Assembly: GCA_963662465.1 (NCBI GenBank)
Contig: OY759599.1
Span: 4,640,001-4,704,000 of the forward strand
Direction: 5' to 3'
Source of the DNA: Desulfatiglandales bacterium
GTDB taxonomy: Bacteria > Desulfobacterota > DSM-4660 > Desulfatiglandales > Desulfatiglandaceae
Length of the DNA stretch: 64,000 nucleotides
Shown here: piece by piece, positions 19,779 through 29,865 of the stretch
Layout of the letters: each line of letters starts with the position of its first letter
Position numbering within the stretch: position 1 is the first letter of the stretch
Translations under genes and position numbers: made by a program
The notes under the pieces: generated by a model
What the model saw: the letters and a program-made list of their open reading frames with translations, nothing else
Database searches by the model: none
What the model was told of the DNA's origin: nothing

Positions 19779-22369
19779 TCCTCAGATTTTCCTTTCATCA
19801 AGGACAGGATTGTCTCGTATTCAAAATTGTGGGCCCACGCTTGAAGCTTTACGGCAAAACGGGGATCCTCTTCTCCGATCCGTGCGATCAGTGAATCGAT
19901 GGCCTCCATATGGGCCCGCACTAAGGCGTCCGTGAGTTCTTCCCTCAAGCTTGGGGGGAGCGCCGCACATCGTGCCGGCCAGTTGTGAATTTCTTCGGCA
20001 GACCTCCCCTCTTCAGGACGTACGCTCGCCTCATACACCCAACTGACCCCCAAGTGTTTTTCCATGGCATGATAGATGTCCGCTTCCCTGAACGGCTTGG
20101 CGATATAGTCATCGCACCCTGCCGCCAATATGGCCTCCTGTTCGCTCTTCAAACTACCGGCGCTGACGGCAATGACTTTGACCGGCGGGTCACTACTGCC
20201 GGAAGACTTGATGACCCGTGTGGCCTCATAGCCGTCCATCACCGGCATCCGCATATCCATGAAGATAAGATGGGGATGCCATTCTTTCCACGCCTCAACA
20301 GCCTTTTTTCCATCTTCGGCCTCCTGAAGGTCAAACCCGAAAATCTCAAGGAGCCGCATGAGGAGCAACCGGTTCATGGGGTTGTCATCCACCACCAGAA
20401 TGCGATAACGGGGTTGCCCCGCCTGCAGGGCGATAACGTTTCGGGAGGGCGCAATGGTTTTCTCCGTCGCCATTTGAGGCGCCTTTACATGGATATCAAA
20501 CCGGAACAGCGCCCCTCTTCCCACCTCGCTTTCCGCGCTCATTTGACCGCCCATAAGTTCAACAAAGCTTCGGCTGATGGTCAACCCCAACCCGGTCCCC
20601 TCTTTGGCCAGGCGACCGGTTTCGGTCTGTTCAAAGGCATCGAAAATTTTCGTCAATTCTCCGGGGCGGATCCCCATACCCGTGTCTTCCACTTCAAAGT
20701 GGAGCCGCGGGGGCAAGTCTTCCCCGTGAAAGGGCTCGCCATTGATATTCCCCGCGGCCACGCGCACTGTAATGCCGCCCTTCTCCGTAAACTTCAAGGC
20801 GTTGTTAAGGAGATTGATGAGTATTTGTCGCAGCCTGACCGGGTCGGTCCGGATAAAATGCGGAACATTTTCTTCCCGTTCAAAAACGCATGTCAGTTGT
20901 TTGCCGACGGCAATGATGCTGAACATGTCTTCGATCTCATCCAGCATGGCATGGAGGTCAAAGTCGGATTCATTCAGGCGGACCCGCCCCGCTTCAATGG
21001 TGGAAAGATCCAGGACCTGATTGATGAGCGCCAAGAGATGCTCGCCGCCCTGACGGATGGTGTCAAGATATGCCATGTCTTGAGGGGAGAGAGTCTTGCT
21101 CCGGGTCAACAACTGGGCAAACCCCAGGATACCATTGAGCGGGGTGCGGAGTTCGTGGCTCATGTTAGCCAGGAAGACACTCTTGGCCCGGTTGGCATTT
21201 TCCGCCACCCGCCTGGCCTCATGCAGGGTGGTTTCATCCTCATTGCGTTTTTCCACAAAATAGGAAACCGATTGCGCCATACTCGCGATTTCATCCTTTC
21301 CTTCAACGGGAATGGGAAGGGGATTCCCCTGCACGTGGGCTGTCATGCTCTGCTCAAGGGCCAGAATACGACCGATGACCGAACGACGGATAAACAGGAA
21401 AATAAGGATGGCACTAATAAGAATGACAAGGGGAATCAACAGGAAGAGACTTCCGATCAGCGCTATTTCTTCCGTCACTTTTTGACTTTGCCGCTGGATT
21501 GCCGTGGAAATCTTTGAAAATACCCGTTCGGTCTGTTTCACCAGTTCATCGGACAAAAATGCATTTTGAACCAGCCTGTCTTGAATCAATATTTTTTGTC
21601 GCAAATGGGTTTCCGCCAGGGCCAGCAGCCCTTTCTTGCCCACGCCGTAGTGCTCCAATGTATTTAAATAACGATTAAACGATGACATATCAAGCGAGGC
21701 GACCCGCAACGCGTCACCAATCCTTTTTTTTAATTCAAGGATCTGGCCCTGATATTCTTCCAGTCGCTGACGGTCCGGTATGTTCGGCACATCCCGCAAC
21801 AGGCTGAAAGCCCGAATGAACAATTCTTGAATATGTCGGGAGGATGCCGCCCGCACCGGATAGCTTTCCATGGTCAGCGATTCCCAAATCCGTCTCATAT
21901 GAATGGAAAGTTGAAGAACACGCTGCCTGACTTCCATATCCTCCTTTATCAGGTATACAAGGGCTTGGAGGTTCTCAAAAATTTGTTGCGATCTTCTTGA
22001 CAGATCCGGCGCCTCAGCCACATTTGCCGCTTTCAGCTCGGAGAGGAGGCCCCGAATTTTTGTTAAATCCGCCGTTATTCGGTATGAAACCGATTCAAGG
22101 AGAAGCGGATTTTCACAAAGAACAAGCTCGGATCCGTCGGAGATCAATCCTTCCACTTCCTTTGCCAATTTGGAGACGGCAATCAGCAGGGGGAGGTCTT
22201 CCTTGGAAATTGTTTGGAACAACATGGCCGATTTGTCAAAATAGTGTTTGGCCACGCTGCTGGAAACAAACGCCACCAGGACGATCAACGCCAGCCCCAG
22301 GAAAACCTTGAGCGAGATGCCGGGGGCGATATTTTTTCCGAACCATTTCATTTTTTTCCTTGTTTCCAA
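19775..22369 (-). CDS. Hybrid sensor kinase (helical periplasmic domain, HAMP, HisKA, HATPase, REC)
   Basis: [43 protein letters not shown]. Confidence 0.95.
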   Translation of the reverse strand: METRKKMKWFGKNIAPGISLKVFLGLALIVLVAFVSSSVAKHYFDKSAMLFQTISKEDLPLLIAVSKLAKEVEGLISDGSELVLCENPLLLESVSYRITADLTKIRGLLSELKAANVAEAPDLSRRSQQIFENLQALVYLIKEDMEVRQRVLQLSIHMRRIWESLTMESYPVRAASSRHIQELFIRAFSLLRDVPNIPDRQRLEEYQGQILELKKRIGDALRVASLDMSSFNRYLNTLEHYGVGKKGLLALAETHLRQKILIQDRLVQNAFLSDELVKQTERVFSKISTAIQRQSQKVTEEIALIGSLFLLIPLVILISAILIFLFIRRSVIGRILALEQSMTAHVQGNPLPIPVEGKDEIASMAQSVSYFVEKRNEDETTLHEARRVAENANRAKSVFLANMSHELRTPLNGILGFAQLLTRSKTLSPQDMAYLDTIRQGGEHLLALINQVLDLSTIEAGRVRLNESDFDLHAMLDEIEDMFSIIAVGKQLTCVFEREENVPHFIRTDPVRLRQILINLLNNALKFTEKGGITVRVAAGNINGEPFHGEDLPPRLHFEVEDTGMGIRPGELTKIFDAFEQTETGRLAKEGTGLGLTISRSFVELMGGQMSAESEVGRGALFRFDIHVKAPQMATEKTIAPSRNVIALQAGQPRYRILVVDDNPMNRLLLMRLLEIFGFDLQEAEDGKKAVEAWKEWHPHLIFMDMRMPVMDGYEATRVIKSSGSSDPPVKVIAVSAGSLKSEQEAILAAGCDDYIAKPFREADIYHAMEKHLGVSWVYEASVRPEEGRSAEEIHNWPARCAALPPSLREELTDALVRAHMEAIDSLIARIGEEDPRFAVKLQAWAHNFEYETILSLMKGKSEE

Positions 22370-23973
22370 TAGACCGTATCCAGGGGCGACATCAACCCCC
22401 AGATGCTTTGATGGGTCCAGCCAAGGTTCTTGTCATAGGCAATGGCAAAAAACGGCTGGAGAATCGGGTAGACCGGAAGTTCGTCGGTAATAATTTTCTG
22501 GAATTTTTCATACAGCGCATACCGCTTTTCAAAATCAAGTTCCGAACCCGCCTGCTCCATGAGCGCATCCACCTCCGGGTTGCGGTACCCTTGTGTGTTG
22601 GACCAGATAACGCCCTTGCGGATATTGGAACTCAAATAGGTTCGGTGGACCCCGATCACAGGATCCCCCCAGTTAAAGACGTCGTCGATGGTCATCTGAA
22701 AATCCCAGTTGGACACTTTCCGCATCCAGTCATTGAAATCTTCCGGATGCTCGATGACGGCTTCCACCCCCAGGTTTCTCAGAAAGAGCTGCCCCAGGTA
22801 TTCAGAAATTTTCCGGTTGATCCCGGCCCTTTCAGGCATGTATGTCATGCGAAAAGAAAACCTTTTTCCTGTTTCATCACGGGGATATCCGGCCTCATCC
22901 AACAGCCGGTTCGCTTTTTCAAAATCCTGCTCATACAAATTCACATGGGATGAGTAAAAAGGACTGTTGGATGAAATCGGTCCGGTCTCCATGGCCGTTT
23001 CCCCTTTAAACATGGTGTCCACAATAAATTTACGATCGATGGCGTAGGCCATGGCCTTCCGTACCCGCACGTCATTGAAGGGCTTCCGCTGAAGGTTAAA
23101 TGCCAGCCAGTACATGGGCCCGATGCCTTTAAAGCCGTTTTTGACCACCACCAGATGATCCAGACTCCGCAGGTGATTCAGCTCATTCAAATCCTGGAAA
23201 CTCGCCATCATGTGAATGTCACCGGTTTCCATTCCCAGACCTTCTTCCAGGGTGTTGCGGATGATCTTAATGGTCAGACGATCCATATACGGGCGGTCTT
23301 TGATGAAAAAGTCTTTATTCTTTACAAGCCGAATCTCTTTTCCAGGCACAAAGGCCTCCAGTTTGAAAGGACCGGATCCAATGGGCTTCATGTTGGACGG
23401 GTGGTTCTTTACATTTTCCACGCTCCCATAAACATGCTTTGGGAGGATGGGAAGCAGGGCCGAAGACATGGCCGACAGAATAGCCGGATGCGGCTTTTTC
23501 AAGCGAATAACGACAGTATGGGCATCCGGCATGTCCACACCCGTAACCGGCGCCAGCATGGATTGAAAGGGGTGAAAGGCCTTTACGGTCATGATAGAAA
23601 AGGCCACATCCTCGCTTGTGATGGGCTTGCCGTCGTGAAAAACCGCGTTTTTCACCAGATGGAGCGTCACCGACAGGCCGTCCTTCGAGATCTCCCACTT
23701 TTCAGCCAGATAGGGATACGGATGCCATTCAGTATCGAATCGAAGGAGTCCCGCAAAGATCTGGGCGCCTGGAAAAGCAGTAACCAGACCGGACTGGATG
23801 GCCGGATTCAAATGGGGCGGCGAATCATAAAGACTGACCACGAGTTCTCCACCCGACGGGGGCGGCGAAGGGACCGGGTTTTCCGCATGGACCCCCGAAG
23901 ACCCCAACAAAATGGCGGCCGCGGCCAGGACATAACAAATGATCCGCAATTGTTTTAAGCGCCGAATAAGCAT
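22348..23973 (-). CDS. Family 5 (peptide/nickel) substrate-binding protein, no permease nearby
   Basis: Signal peptide; LAEKWEISKDG...FHDGKPITSEDV; PIGSGPFKL. Confidence 0.93.
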   Translation of the reverse strand: MLIRRLKQLRIICYVLAAAAILLGSSGVHAENPVPSPPPSGGELVVSLYDSPPHLNPAIQSGLVTAFPGAQIFAGLLRFDTEWHPYPYLAEKWEISKDGLSVTLHLVKNAVFHDGKPITSEDVAFSIMTVKAFHPFQSMLAPVTGVDMPDAHTVVIRLKKPHPAILSAMSSALLPILPKHVYGSVENVKNHPSNMKPIGSGPFKLEAFVPGKEIRLVKNKDFFIKDRPYMDRLTIKIIRNTLEEGLGMETGDIHMMASFQDLNELNHLRSLDHLVVVKNGFKGIGPMYWLAFNLQRKPFNDVRVRKAMAYAIDRKFIVDTMFKGETAMETGPISSNSPFYSSHVNLYEQDFEKANRLLDEAGYPRDETGKRFSFRMTYMPERAGINRKISEYLGQLFLRNLGVEAVIEHPEDFNDWMRKVSNWDFQMTIDDVFNWGDPVIGVHRTYLSSNIRKGVIWSNTQGYRNPEVDALMEQAGSELDFEKRYALYEKFQKIITDELPVYPILQPFFAIAYDKNLGWTHQSIWGLMSPLDTVYWKQGKK

Positions 23974-24225
23974 GTTTTCCCCCTTACCTTATAATGGAAG
24001 GTTTTCAAGCTGATTTTAAACGCCCAATATAACCTTTTTTCCGCTAAATGCGAAACAAAACACGTTGCGCTTTCCATGCCGCCTCATCTTCCCTGCTTTC
24101 CCCCTGCGATAGAATGGGTATTGAAAAAACAATCATAAATGGTATAGAGTGACGTGGTATTTCACGGCATTCTCTGCGCATAGCGTCATAATGCCTCTTT
24201 TAAGGCTTAGGTTTGGTAACTGCTC

Positions 24226-24522
24226 ATGTCTGAAATTCTCGTAATTGTCGCCATTGCCCTGGGGATCATCATGCTGCCCAGATTGACGGGCAGACGGGCT
24301 GAAAAACAAGGCCGCCAAACCAGCGGCATTTCAAAGATGACCGGCTGGATGCGCCTGGCAGTCATGGCTTCGATTTTATGGCCGGCCATTATGGTCTTTT
24401 TTCTAAAGCCCTGGAACGACCATTGGCCCATGTTTTTCTGTATCGCCATCGGGCCCGTGGCGTTATCCTGGGGAATTTTCTGGGTGCTTTCGGGTTTTCG
24501 GAAGAACAGAACGAACCGTTAG
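24226..24522 (+). CDS. Small hypothetical membrane protein (~3 TM)
   Basis: 98-aa ORF with three hydrophobic stretches, co-oriented with downstream kinase. Confidence 0.6.
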   Translation: MSEILVIVAIALGIIMLPRLTGRRAEKQGRQTSGISKMTGWMRLAVMASILWPAIMVFFLKPWNDHWPMFFCIAIGPVALSWGIFWVLSGFRKNRTNR

Positions 24523-24542
24523 TTCCGTTGAAAGGTGAATCC

Positions 24543-26348
24543 ATGAGACTGACCATCGCCAAAAAATTATGGTTAAGCTTTGGCATCCTGATACTTGTCC
24601 TCGGCATCAGCGGTTCGATTTCCTACCTGCAAATCCAAAAGCTGAACGACGCCCTGAGACTGTTTATGGTGGTGCAGGAACCCCTTGAAGAGGCACTGCT
24701 GGAAATGGAAGTCAATATCGGTGAATCCGCCATTTCAGTTTTTGGGTTTGTCAGAGACGGCAACCCGGCGCACATCGAAAGCCTGCATCACTTCCAGGAA
24801 ATTATTGAGGAAGTTCTCACCGGGTTTAATTCCCTGGCGGCAACGAAGGCTGAAAAAGAGTTCGGCCGAAAAACCAATGCCTTTTTCCTGAAGCATAAGG
24901 CATTATCCCAAGATATCATCACCCTTGCCGGGGCCATGCGACAAGAACAGGCGCATTTCACAAAACTGGCGGATCAAGTCAATGCCTTAATCGACCTGAA
25001 CCTGTCAGGATCTTCCGACAAATCGGATTTGAGAGCGACGCTACAGAGAGAAGCCACTCTACTCATGAAAATCTCCTTTCATCGCGTCTTTGCAGCCATC
25101 GAGGGTTATATCATTCAACGGGCGCCGCTGATGAAAAAGGAAATCTCGGCAGCGGAAGATGCTTTTCTTAAATGGAACCGCATATACGCCGGTTCCGGAT
25201 TATCGCGGGCGTCGAAAACCTCCCTGAATGAATTGGACGAGCTATACCGCCGGACAAAGGCCTCCGGAAACGAACTGGTCCGCCTGGCGGACCAGCTGCA
25301 GACCAGGACAGAACAGTTTGAGAAGGATCTTCTGACAATCAAACAGATACTGAACGATGATATCCAACCCCTGCTCCGCCGGGAAACCGAAAGAACCGCT
25401 GAAAACGCCCTCCAATCCGGCGCCGTTGCTCTGTCCGTTACACTGGCCATGACCCTTTTTGCGCTAATGGCCACAGGCGGCGCCACATGGATCATCACCA
25501 GGGGGATTATCCGCTCCGCTCAGCAGTTGAAGGAAGGCTCAAAAGCATTCGGTCAAGGGAATCTGGACCACAACATCGCGGTAAAAAGCGACGACGAGTT
25601 AAAGGAAGTGGCCATCGCCTTCAACCGCATGGCGGGAAAACGAAAAAAAGCGGAAAAACAGCTCCAGGAAAGCGCGGACAAGATCAAGCTGTTCTCATAC
25701 TCCGTCTCCCACGATCTCAAGAGCCCGGCAATCGGTATCCATGGCCTGGCCATTCTTCTACTGAAACAATCGGAACATCTGTTGGATGATAAAGGAAAGC
25801 GAACCTGCGAGCAAATCGTAAAGACATCCGCGCTGATTGAGGAACTGGTCAATAACATCAACGCCTTCATTTCATCCAAGGAAGCCCCCCTGAACCTTGA
25901 AAAAGTACGGATCGGAGAAATCCTTAACACCGTAAAAGAAGAGTTTTCACCCCGGCTTGATGCACGCGGCATAAAATGGTCTCAGCCTGAACACCTGCCT
26001 GAAATAAAGGCCGACCGGTTATCCATGATCCGAGTGATTCGGAACCTGGTGGACAATGCGCTGAAATATGGGGGAACGGAATTGAGCAGCATCATTATTG
26101 AACATGAAGAAACCACCGAATTTCAGATCCTCTCCCTGACGGACGATGGCGTCGGCCTGGAAGGTGACGACCTGGAAGGTATCTTCGAAGTGTTCAAGCG
26201 GGAAAAAACCTCCCAGGGCACCCAGGGCGCCGGCCTGGGGCTTGCCATCGTAAAGGAGATCATGGCGCGTCATGGTGGGAAAATCCGGGCCAAGCAAGGC
26301 GAGGGAAGAGGGATCACATTTTCCTGTTCCATATCCAAAATCCTGTAG
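24543..26348 (+). CDS. Membrane sensor histidine kinase (helical sensor, HAMP, HisKA, HATPase)
   Basis: MRLTIAKKLWLSF after AAGGTG; SHDLKSP; NLVDNALKY; GAGLGLAIVKEI. Confidence 0.93.
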   Translation: MRLTIAKKLWLSFGILILVLGISGSISYLQIQKLNDALRLFMVVQEPLEEALLEMEVNIGESAISVFGFVRDGNPAHIESLHHFQEIIEEVLTGFNSLAATKAEKEFGRKTNAFFLKHKALSQDIITLAGAMRQEQAHFTKLADQVNALIDLNLSGSSDKSDLRATLQREATLLMKISFHRVFAAIEGYIIQRAPLMKKEISAAEDAFLKWNRIYAGSGLSRASKTSLNELDELYRRTKASGNELVRLADQLQTRTEQFEKDLLTIKQILNDDIQPLLRRETERTAENALQSGAVALSVTLAMTLFALMATGGATWIITRGIIRSAQQLKEGSKAFGQGNLDHNIAVKSDDELKEVAIAFNRMAGKRKKAEKQLQESADKIKLFSYSVSHDLKSPAIGIHGLAILLLKQSEHLLDDKGKRTCEQIVKTSALIEELVNNINAFISSKEAPLNLEKVRIGEILNTVKEEFSPRLDARGIKWSQPEHLPEIKADRLSMIRVIRNLVDNALKYGGTELSSIIIEHEETTEFQILSLTDDGVGLEGDDLEGIFEVFKREKTSQGTQGAGLGLAIVKEIMARHGGKIRAKQGEGRGITFSCSISKIL

Positions 26349-26513
26349 ATTCATCTTACAGATCTGCGATCTAAGAAATCCTATTCATCGTGTTCAAGAC
26401 AATGAGGATGCCCACAGTGACTGATAACCCTTTGCCCATTTTTGAAAACTATATCATATTATCATATCATTTACGGTCACAAGCCGGGATAATTGCCTTT
26501 ATCTGAGGAGGAA

Positions 26514-26612
26514 TGACACTGAAAGCGTACAAAACCTTTGCGACCGTGCAAGAGACCAAAAAACTCGTCCTGGACGATGTGCCTTTCGATAGGAGACAGC
26601 GAGGTGAATGAG
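26514..26612 (+). pseudogene. Short ORF remnant with strong RBS, possibly an antitoxin-like fragment
   Basis: GAGGAGG + MTLKAYKTFATVQETKKLVLDDVPFDRRQRGE*. Confidence 0.3.
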
Positions 26613-26731
26613 CTTTTATGCCAATACCAAAAAAACGGCGCCCCTTTGGGTCTGGTTGAACGTTTTGTCGATTTGCCGTAATTTTTATTAGGTTGCAGCC
26701 TTAATTTGTTCTTGTTTTGAAGAGTTCCAGG

Positions 26732-27034
26732 TTAAACCGAGAATCCAAAATGGCTCCCATCTGACATTTCAATATCCAGTTGCAATTTACATCCTGCTGC
26801 TTCAATATATTTTTTGAGAGTTGACAACTTAATGTCTTGACCATTTTTCTCCATGCCTGCAATCGTTGGTTGCTTTACCCCCATAGCATTGGCAACATCA
26901 CTTTGGGTTAATTGAACTTTTTCTCGAAGTTCCGCCAGGTGAATATTCAGCAACATTTCAGATGCCATATCTTTTGCTTTTTTAACAACTTCCGGCTTTT
27001 CCCGTGCCATTAGTTCTTTTAGCGTCTTAGCCAT
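26732..27034 (-). CDS. XRE-family HTH protein, HigA-like antitoxin without adjacent toxin
   Basis: LAELREKVQLTQSDVANAMGVKQPTIAGME...LSTLKKYIEAAG; AGGAGG RBS. Confidence 0.88.
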   Translation of the reverse strand: MAKTLKELMAREKPEVVKKAKDMASEMLLNIHLAELREKVQLTQSDVANAMGVKQPTIAGMEKNGQDIKLSTLKKYIEAAGCKLQLDIEMSDGSHFGFSV

Positions 27035-27052
27035 TAGTCCACCTCCTTTGCA

Positions 27053-27082
27053 ATTAATTATAGGTTGCACCCTATAATTAAT
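27053..27082. promoter_or_regulatory. Palindromic operator candidate
   Basis: ATTAATTATAGG-N6-CCTATAATTAAT immediately upstream of the XRE gene RBS. Confidence 0.6.
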
Positions 27083-27349
27083 CAAGAAGGTTTGCAAAAT
27101 TTATTTTATATCTCTGTAAAAACATAACGGCGCAACCAAATCTTGATTCAACCGAATTTCTTGACGGTATATCAGCAACGATTAAAGATATCTCCACCAA
27201 AATTTACCCTGTAATCCTAGTCAAGATATTATTCATTATCCTACGCTATTTTCTTTTAACCTATTTACATAGTATCATTTTTTGATATAAAAAGGCTCAT
27301 TTTTATTATTCACGAAACAAGTCATTTTTGCATTGCGAGGTCTTTTCTT

Positions 27350-28663
27350 ATGCCGCTGTCAATTAGGGAGTGTTTAAAACGGGGTCCATCGACATCAAGG
27401 GAAATCCAGACCGAAACTAAATTGTCTCAGGCGGCTGTATCCCGTCAACTCCAAGGCATGAGGGACAGCATCATAAAGTTGAGGCGTGGACGGTCAATAA
27501 GTTATGCCATGACGCGAAACGCTTTCGGGGGGAGCGACAAATTACCTTTGAGCATTGTAGATCCTAATGGGAATTCTATTTTAGCGGCATTGATACGCCC
27601 GCTGATCCACGGTGGTTTTTTTATGGAACCCGCCACACAAATACCTTCACTTTTGTTGGGAGAAAGATGCGATGGCTTGTATGAAGATTTGCCGTATTTT
27701 CTGCTTGATTTGAGTCCGCAGGGCTTTCTCGGTCGGCGGATTGCCAAAGAAATGGCTGCCCAATCACCTGATTTTCCAGCTGATCCGAGACGGTGGAATA
27801 CAAACCATATTGGACGTTATTTGATATCAAATGGCGACGATCTCCCTGGAAACTTCAAATTTGGCGAGCAGGCACGATTGCGACTCAGACTAAACCCTAT
27901 TCCCGTTTCGGATGACGAATATCCGTATCTCGCCGATAGCGTTATGAGTGGTATACCGCCTGGTTCTTCCGCCGGCGGGGAACAGCCAAAATTTACTGCT
28001 TTCAGCAAGAGCAACCTTTGTCATGTCATTGTAAAGTTTTCACCGAAAGGAGAGAATGAAACAGCAAGGCGATGGCGCGATATTTTGATTACCGAATATC
28101 ACGCAACAGCAGTACTCCATAATGAGGGGTTGCCGGCCGCTGAGACGAGACTCATTGAAAATGGCGATAGGCTTTTTTTGGAAAGTAAACGATTTGACCG
28201 GGCAGGAGAATACGGGAGGATCTCAATGGTATCTCTTCAGGCCATCGATGCTGAATTTGTCGGTCTTGGAAGTCAGTGGCCTCAAGTGATTGATGCCTTA
28301 TTTGAAAAAGACTTGGTTGCCCGGCAAGATGTCGCTAATGTGAAAGCCTTATGGTGTTTTGGAAACTTGATTAATAACAATGACATGCATTTGGGGAATC
28401 TAAGCTTCGCAATAGAAGGAAATGTGTTTAGGTTATTGCCGGCCTATGACATGTGTTCCATGGGTTTTGCACCCGGAAGCGGCGGCGATATTTCCCCCTT
28501 TAATTTTGTCCCGAAAAAACCCGAAGGTCTTAAACTTAATGGAATCTTTAGCTCGACAAAAAGTATAGCCCGTGATTTCTGGGAACGCGTTGCAAGAGAT
28601 GAAAGGATATCTGAAGCGTTTAAAAAATTCTTAGACAAAGGGTACCCCGTTGATTTGATGTGA
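27350..28663 (+). CDS. yjjJ: HipA-family kinase toxin, YjjJ/HipH type with N-terminal HTH
   Basis: N-terminal HTH (LSQAAVSRQL); GSSAGGEQPKF; NNDMHLGN; LLPAYDM. Confidence 0.88.
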   Translation: MPLSIRECLKRGPSTSREIQTETKLSQAAVSRQLQGMRDSIIKLRRGRSISYAMTRNAFGGSDKLPLSIVDPNGNSILAALIRPLIHGGFFMEPATQIPSLLLGERCDGLYEDLPYFLLDLSPQGFLGRRIAKEMAAQSPDFPADPRRWNTNHIGRYLISNGDDLPGNFKFGEQARLRLRLNPIPVSDDEYPYLADSVMSGIPPGSSAGGEQPKFTAFSKSNLCHVIVKFSPKGENETARRWRDILITEYHATAVLHNEGLPAAETRLIENGDRLFLESKRFDRAGEYGRISMVSLQAIDAEFVGLGSQWPQVIDALFEKDLVARQDVANVKALWCFGNLINNNDMHLGNLSFAIEGNVFRLLPAYDMCSMGFAPGSGGDISPFNFVPKKPEGLKLNGIFSSTKSIARDFWERVARDERISEAFKKFLDKGYPVDLM

Positions 28664-28674
28664 AAACCGGCCTC

Positions 28675-28808
28675 GATCATCGTTTCGGCCACCCGGCAAT
28701 AAATTGCCGGGCTATTGTCTGTCGCCCCGATGGGGCTTATACAGTCCCGTAGGGACGGCAGATAATAGCCTGGGGTTTTAACCCCGGGAAATGGCCGGAA
28801 CGATGATC
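28675..28808. repeat. Composite REP-like palindromic element
   Basis: Outer IR GATCATCGTTTCGGCCA/TGGCCGGAACGATGATC enclosing hairpins CCCGGCAATAAATTGCCGGG, GCCCCGATGGGGC, GTCCCGTAGGGAC. Confidence 0.75.
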
Positions 28809-28871
28809 AAAGCCCCGATTTCAAAAAATTTTATCGGCTACGGACACAAGCCGGGACAATTTAAAAATGCG

Positions 28872-29026
28872 GGCTCATCGTGGATTCGCGTGAGATTTGG
28901 CTTCTGAGCCGATTGTAGGTGCGACTTCAGTCGCACATTAAGCCGACCCTGTGCGACTGAAGTCGCACCTACAGCCCGAACCGAAACAATCTCAAAGCGC
29001 GATTTCACGTTAATCCGCGATGAACC
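28872..29026. mobile_element. Inner MITE with 25-bp imperfect TIRs and perfect 8-bp TSD
   Basis: GGCTCATCGTGGATTCGCGTGAGAT / ATTTCACGTTAATCCGCGATGAACC; TSD AAAATGCG at 28864-28871 and 29027-29034. Confidence 0.82.
28914..28973. repeat. GTAG-type REP inverted doublet (REPIN-like)
   Basis: Perfect 24-bp IR TGTAGGTGCGACTTCAGTCGCACA ... TGTGCGACTGAAGTCGCACCTACA. Confidence 0.85.
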
Positions 29027-29230
29027 AAAATGCGCTTGTTCCCAAGCGCTGAGTAGGAAGGAATCAAAATAGAGCTTTGGCTACGCTGTCCCGCTTTGTG
29101 TCCGTAGCCGTCATTGGGAGTCTTCACTTTCCCGGTCATTGGTTGTTCCGTCCGTCCTTTTTACCCCGTGAAATCTTTCTTCCTTTTTATTTCACCGGGG
29201 CGTCAATCGCCCTTCGAACTTCCGTTGCCC

Positions 29231-29259
29231 TTGACAAAAACCCGTTATACACATAATAT
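29231..29259 (+). promoter_or_regulatory. Sigma70-like promoter of TA cassette
   Basis: TTGACA-N17-TAATAT, then AGGAG RBS. Confidence 0.65.
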
Positions 29260-29279
29260 GCGCACAAAAGGAGAATATC

Positions 29280-29540
29280 ATGAGAAAGACCAGAGTGAAC
29301 ATCACGTTGGATAACGATCTTGCCAGATTTCTCAAAGGGTTTTCCCTCTCCCAAAGATTATCCATGTCGGAATTAATCAACCAGTGGGCTTTGAGTCTAA
29401 AACGGTCTCAGGAAAACCAGGGGATGGAGACCCTTTTATCCTCCCCTGAATTTTACCAGTCCCTTACGGAAACCCTTGAGAAATGCCGCTCCGGAAAGAT
29501 GAAGTGGTACAGCCGCGAAAAGGCCCTTGGCAATGAATGA
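29280..29540 (+). CDS. Ribbon-helix-helix antitoxin candidate
   Basis: MRKTRVNITLD...LSMSELINQW RHH pattern; overlaps downstream toxin. Confidence 0.75.
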   Translation: MRKTRVNITLDNDLARFLKGFSLSQRLSMSELINQWALSLKRSQENQGMETLLSSPEFYQSLTETLEKCRSGKMKWYSREKALGNE

Positions 29541-29865
29541 GACCTATTCGGAACCATTCGTCAAATCCCTCAGAAAATTTGCCTCCATCAGAAAAAGAAT
29601 TGTGAATAAGATCGACAACATCATCCAGGACCCTCTCATAGGTGAACCATTGAAATACGATCTCTGCGGCTTATACAGCGTCCCGGTGGCAAAGCGGTTT
29701 CTCATTATCTACAGCTATTGCAGAATATGCCGAAAAAAGGGCGCCGATAAGATCCTCTTATGCCACGATTGCTCAGATATGCCTGCCGAAACCGTTCGCT
29801 TTTTTGATCTTGGTCCACATGACAAAGCTTATTCAGGTTTCTGGAAAGCACCCGTAACCGGCTGA
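29533..29865 (+). CDS. RelE/ParE-superfamily toxin with CxxC...CxxC insertion
   Basis: YSEPFVKSLRK...DPLIGEPLKYDLCGLYS...RFLIIY...LGPHDKAY. Confidence 0.8.
   Translation: MNETYSEPFVKSLRKFASIRKRIVNKIDNIIQDPLIGEPLKYDLCGLYSVPVAKRFLIIYSYCRICRKKGADKILLCHDCSDMPAETVRFFDLGPHDKAYSGFWKAPVTG

Larger units (their letters stand above)
28835..29110. mobile_element. Outer MITE-like element with 24-bp TIRs
   Basis: CGGCTACGGACACAAGCCGGGACA vs reverse complement of right end CGGCTACGGACACAAAGCGGGACA; no clear TSD. Confidence 0.7.

Noticed and set aside
7481..23958. Long plus-strand ORFs (e.g. 7481-8779, 19985-21517, 23155-23958)
   Set aside because: Antisense shadows of well-supported minus-strand genes with no family motifs.
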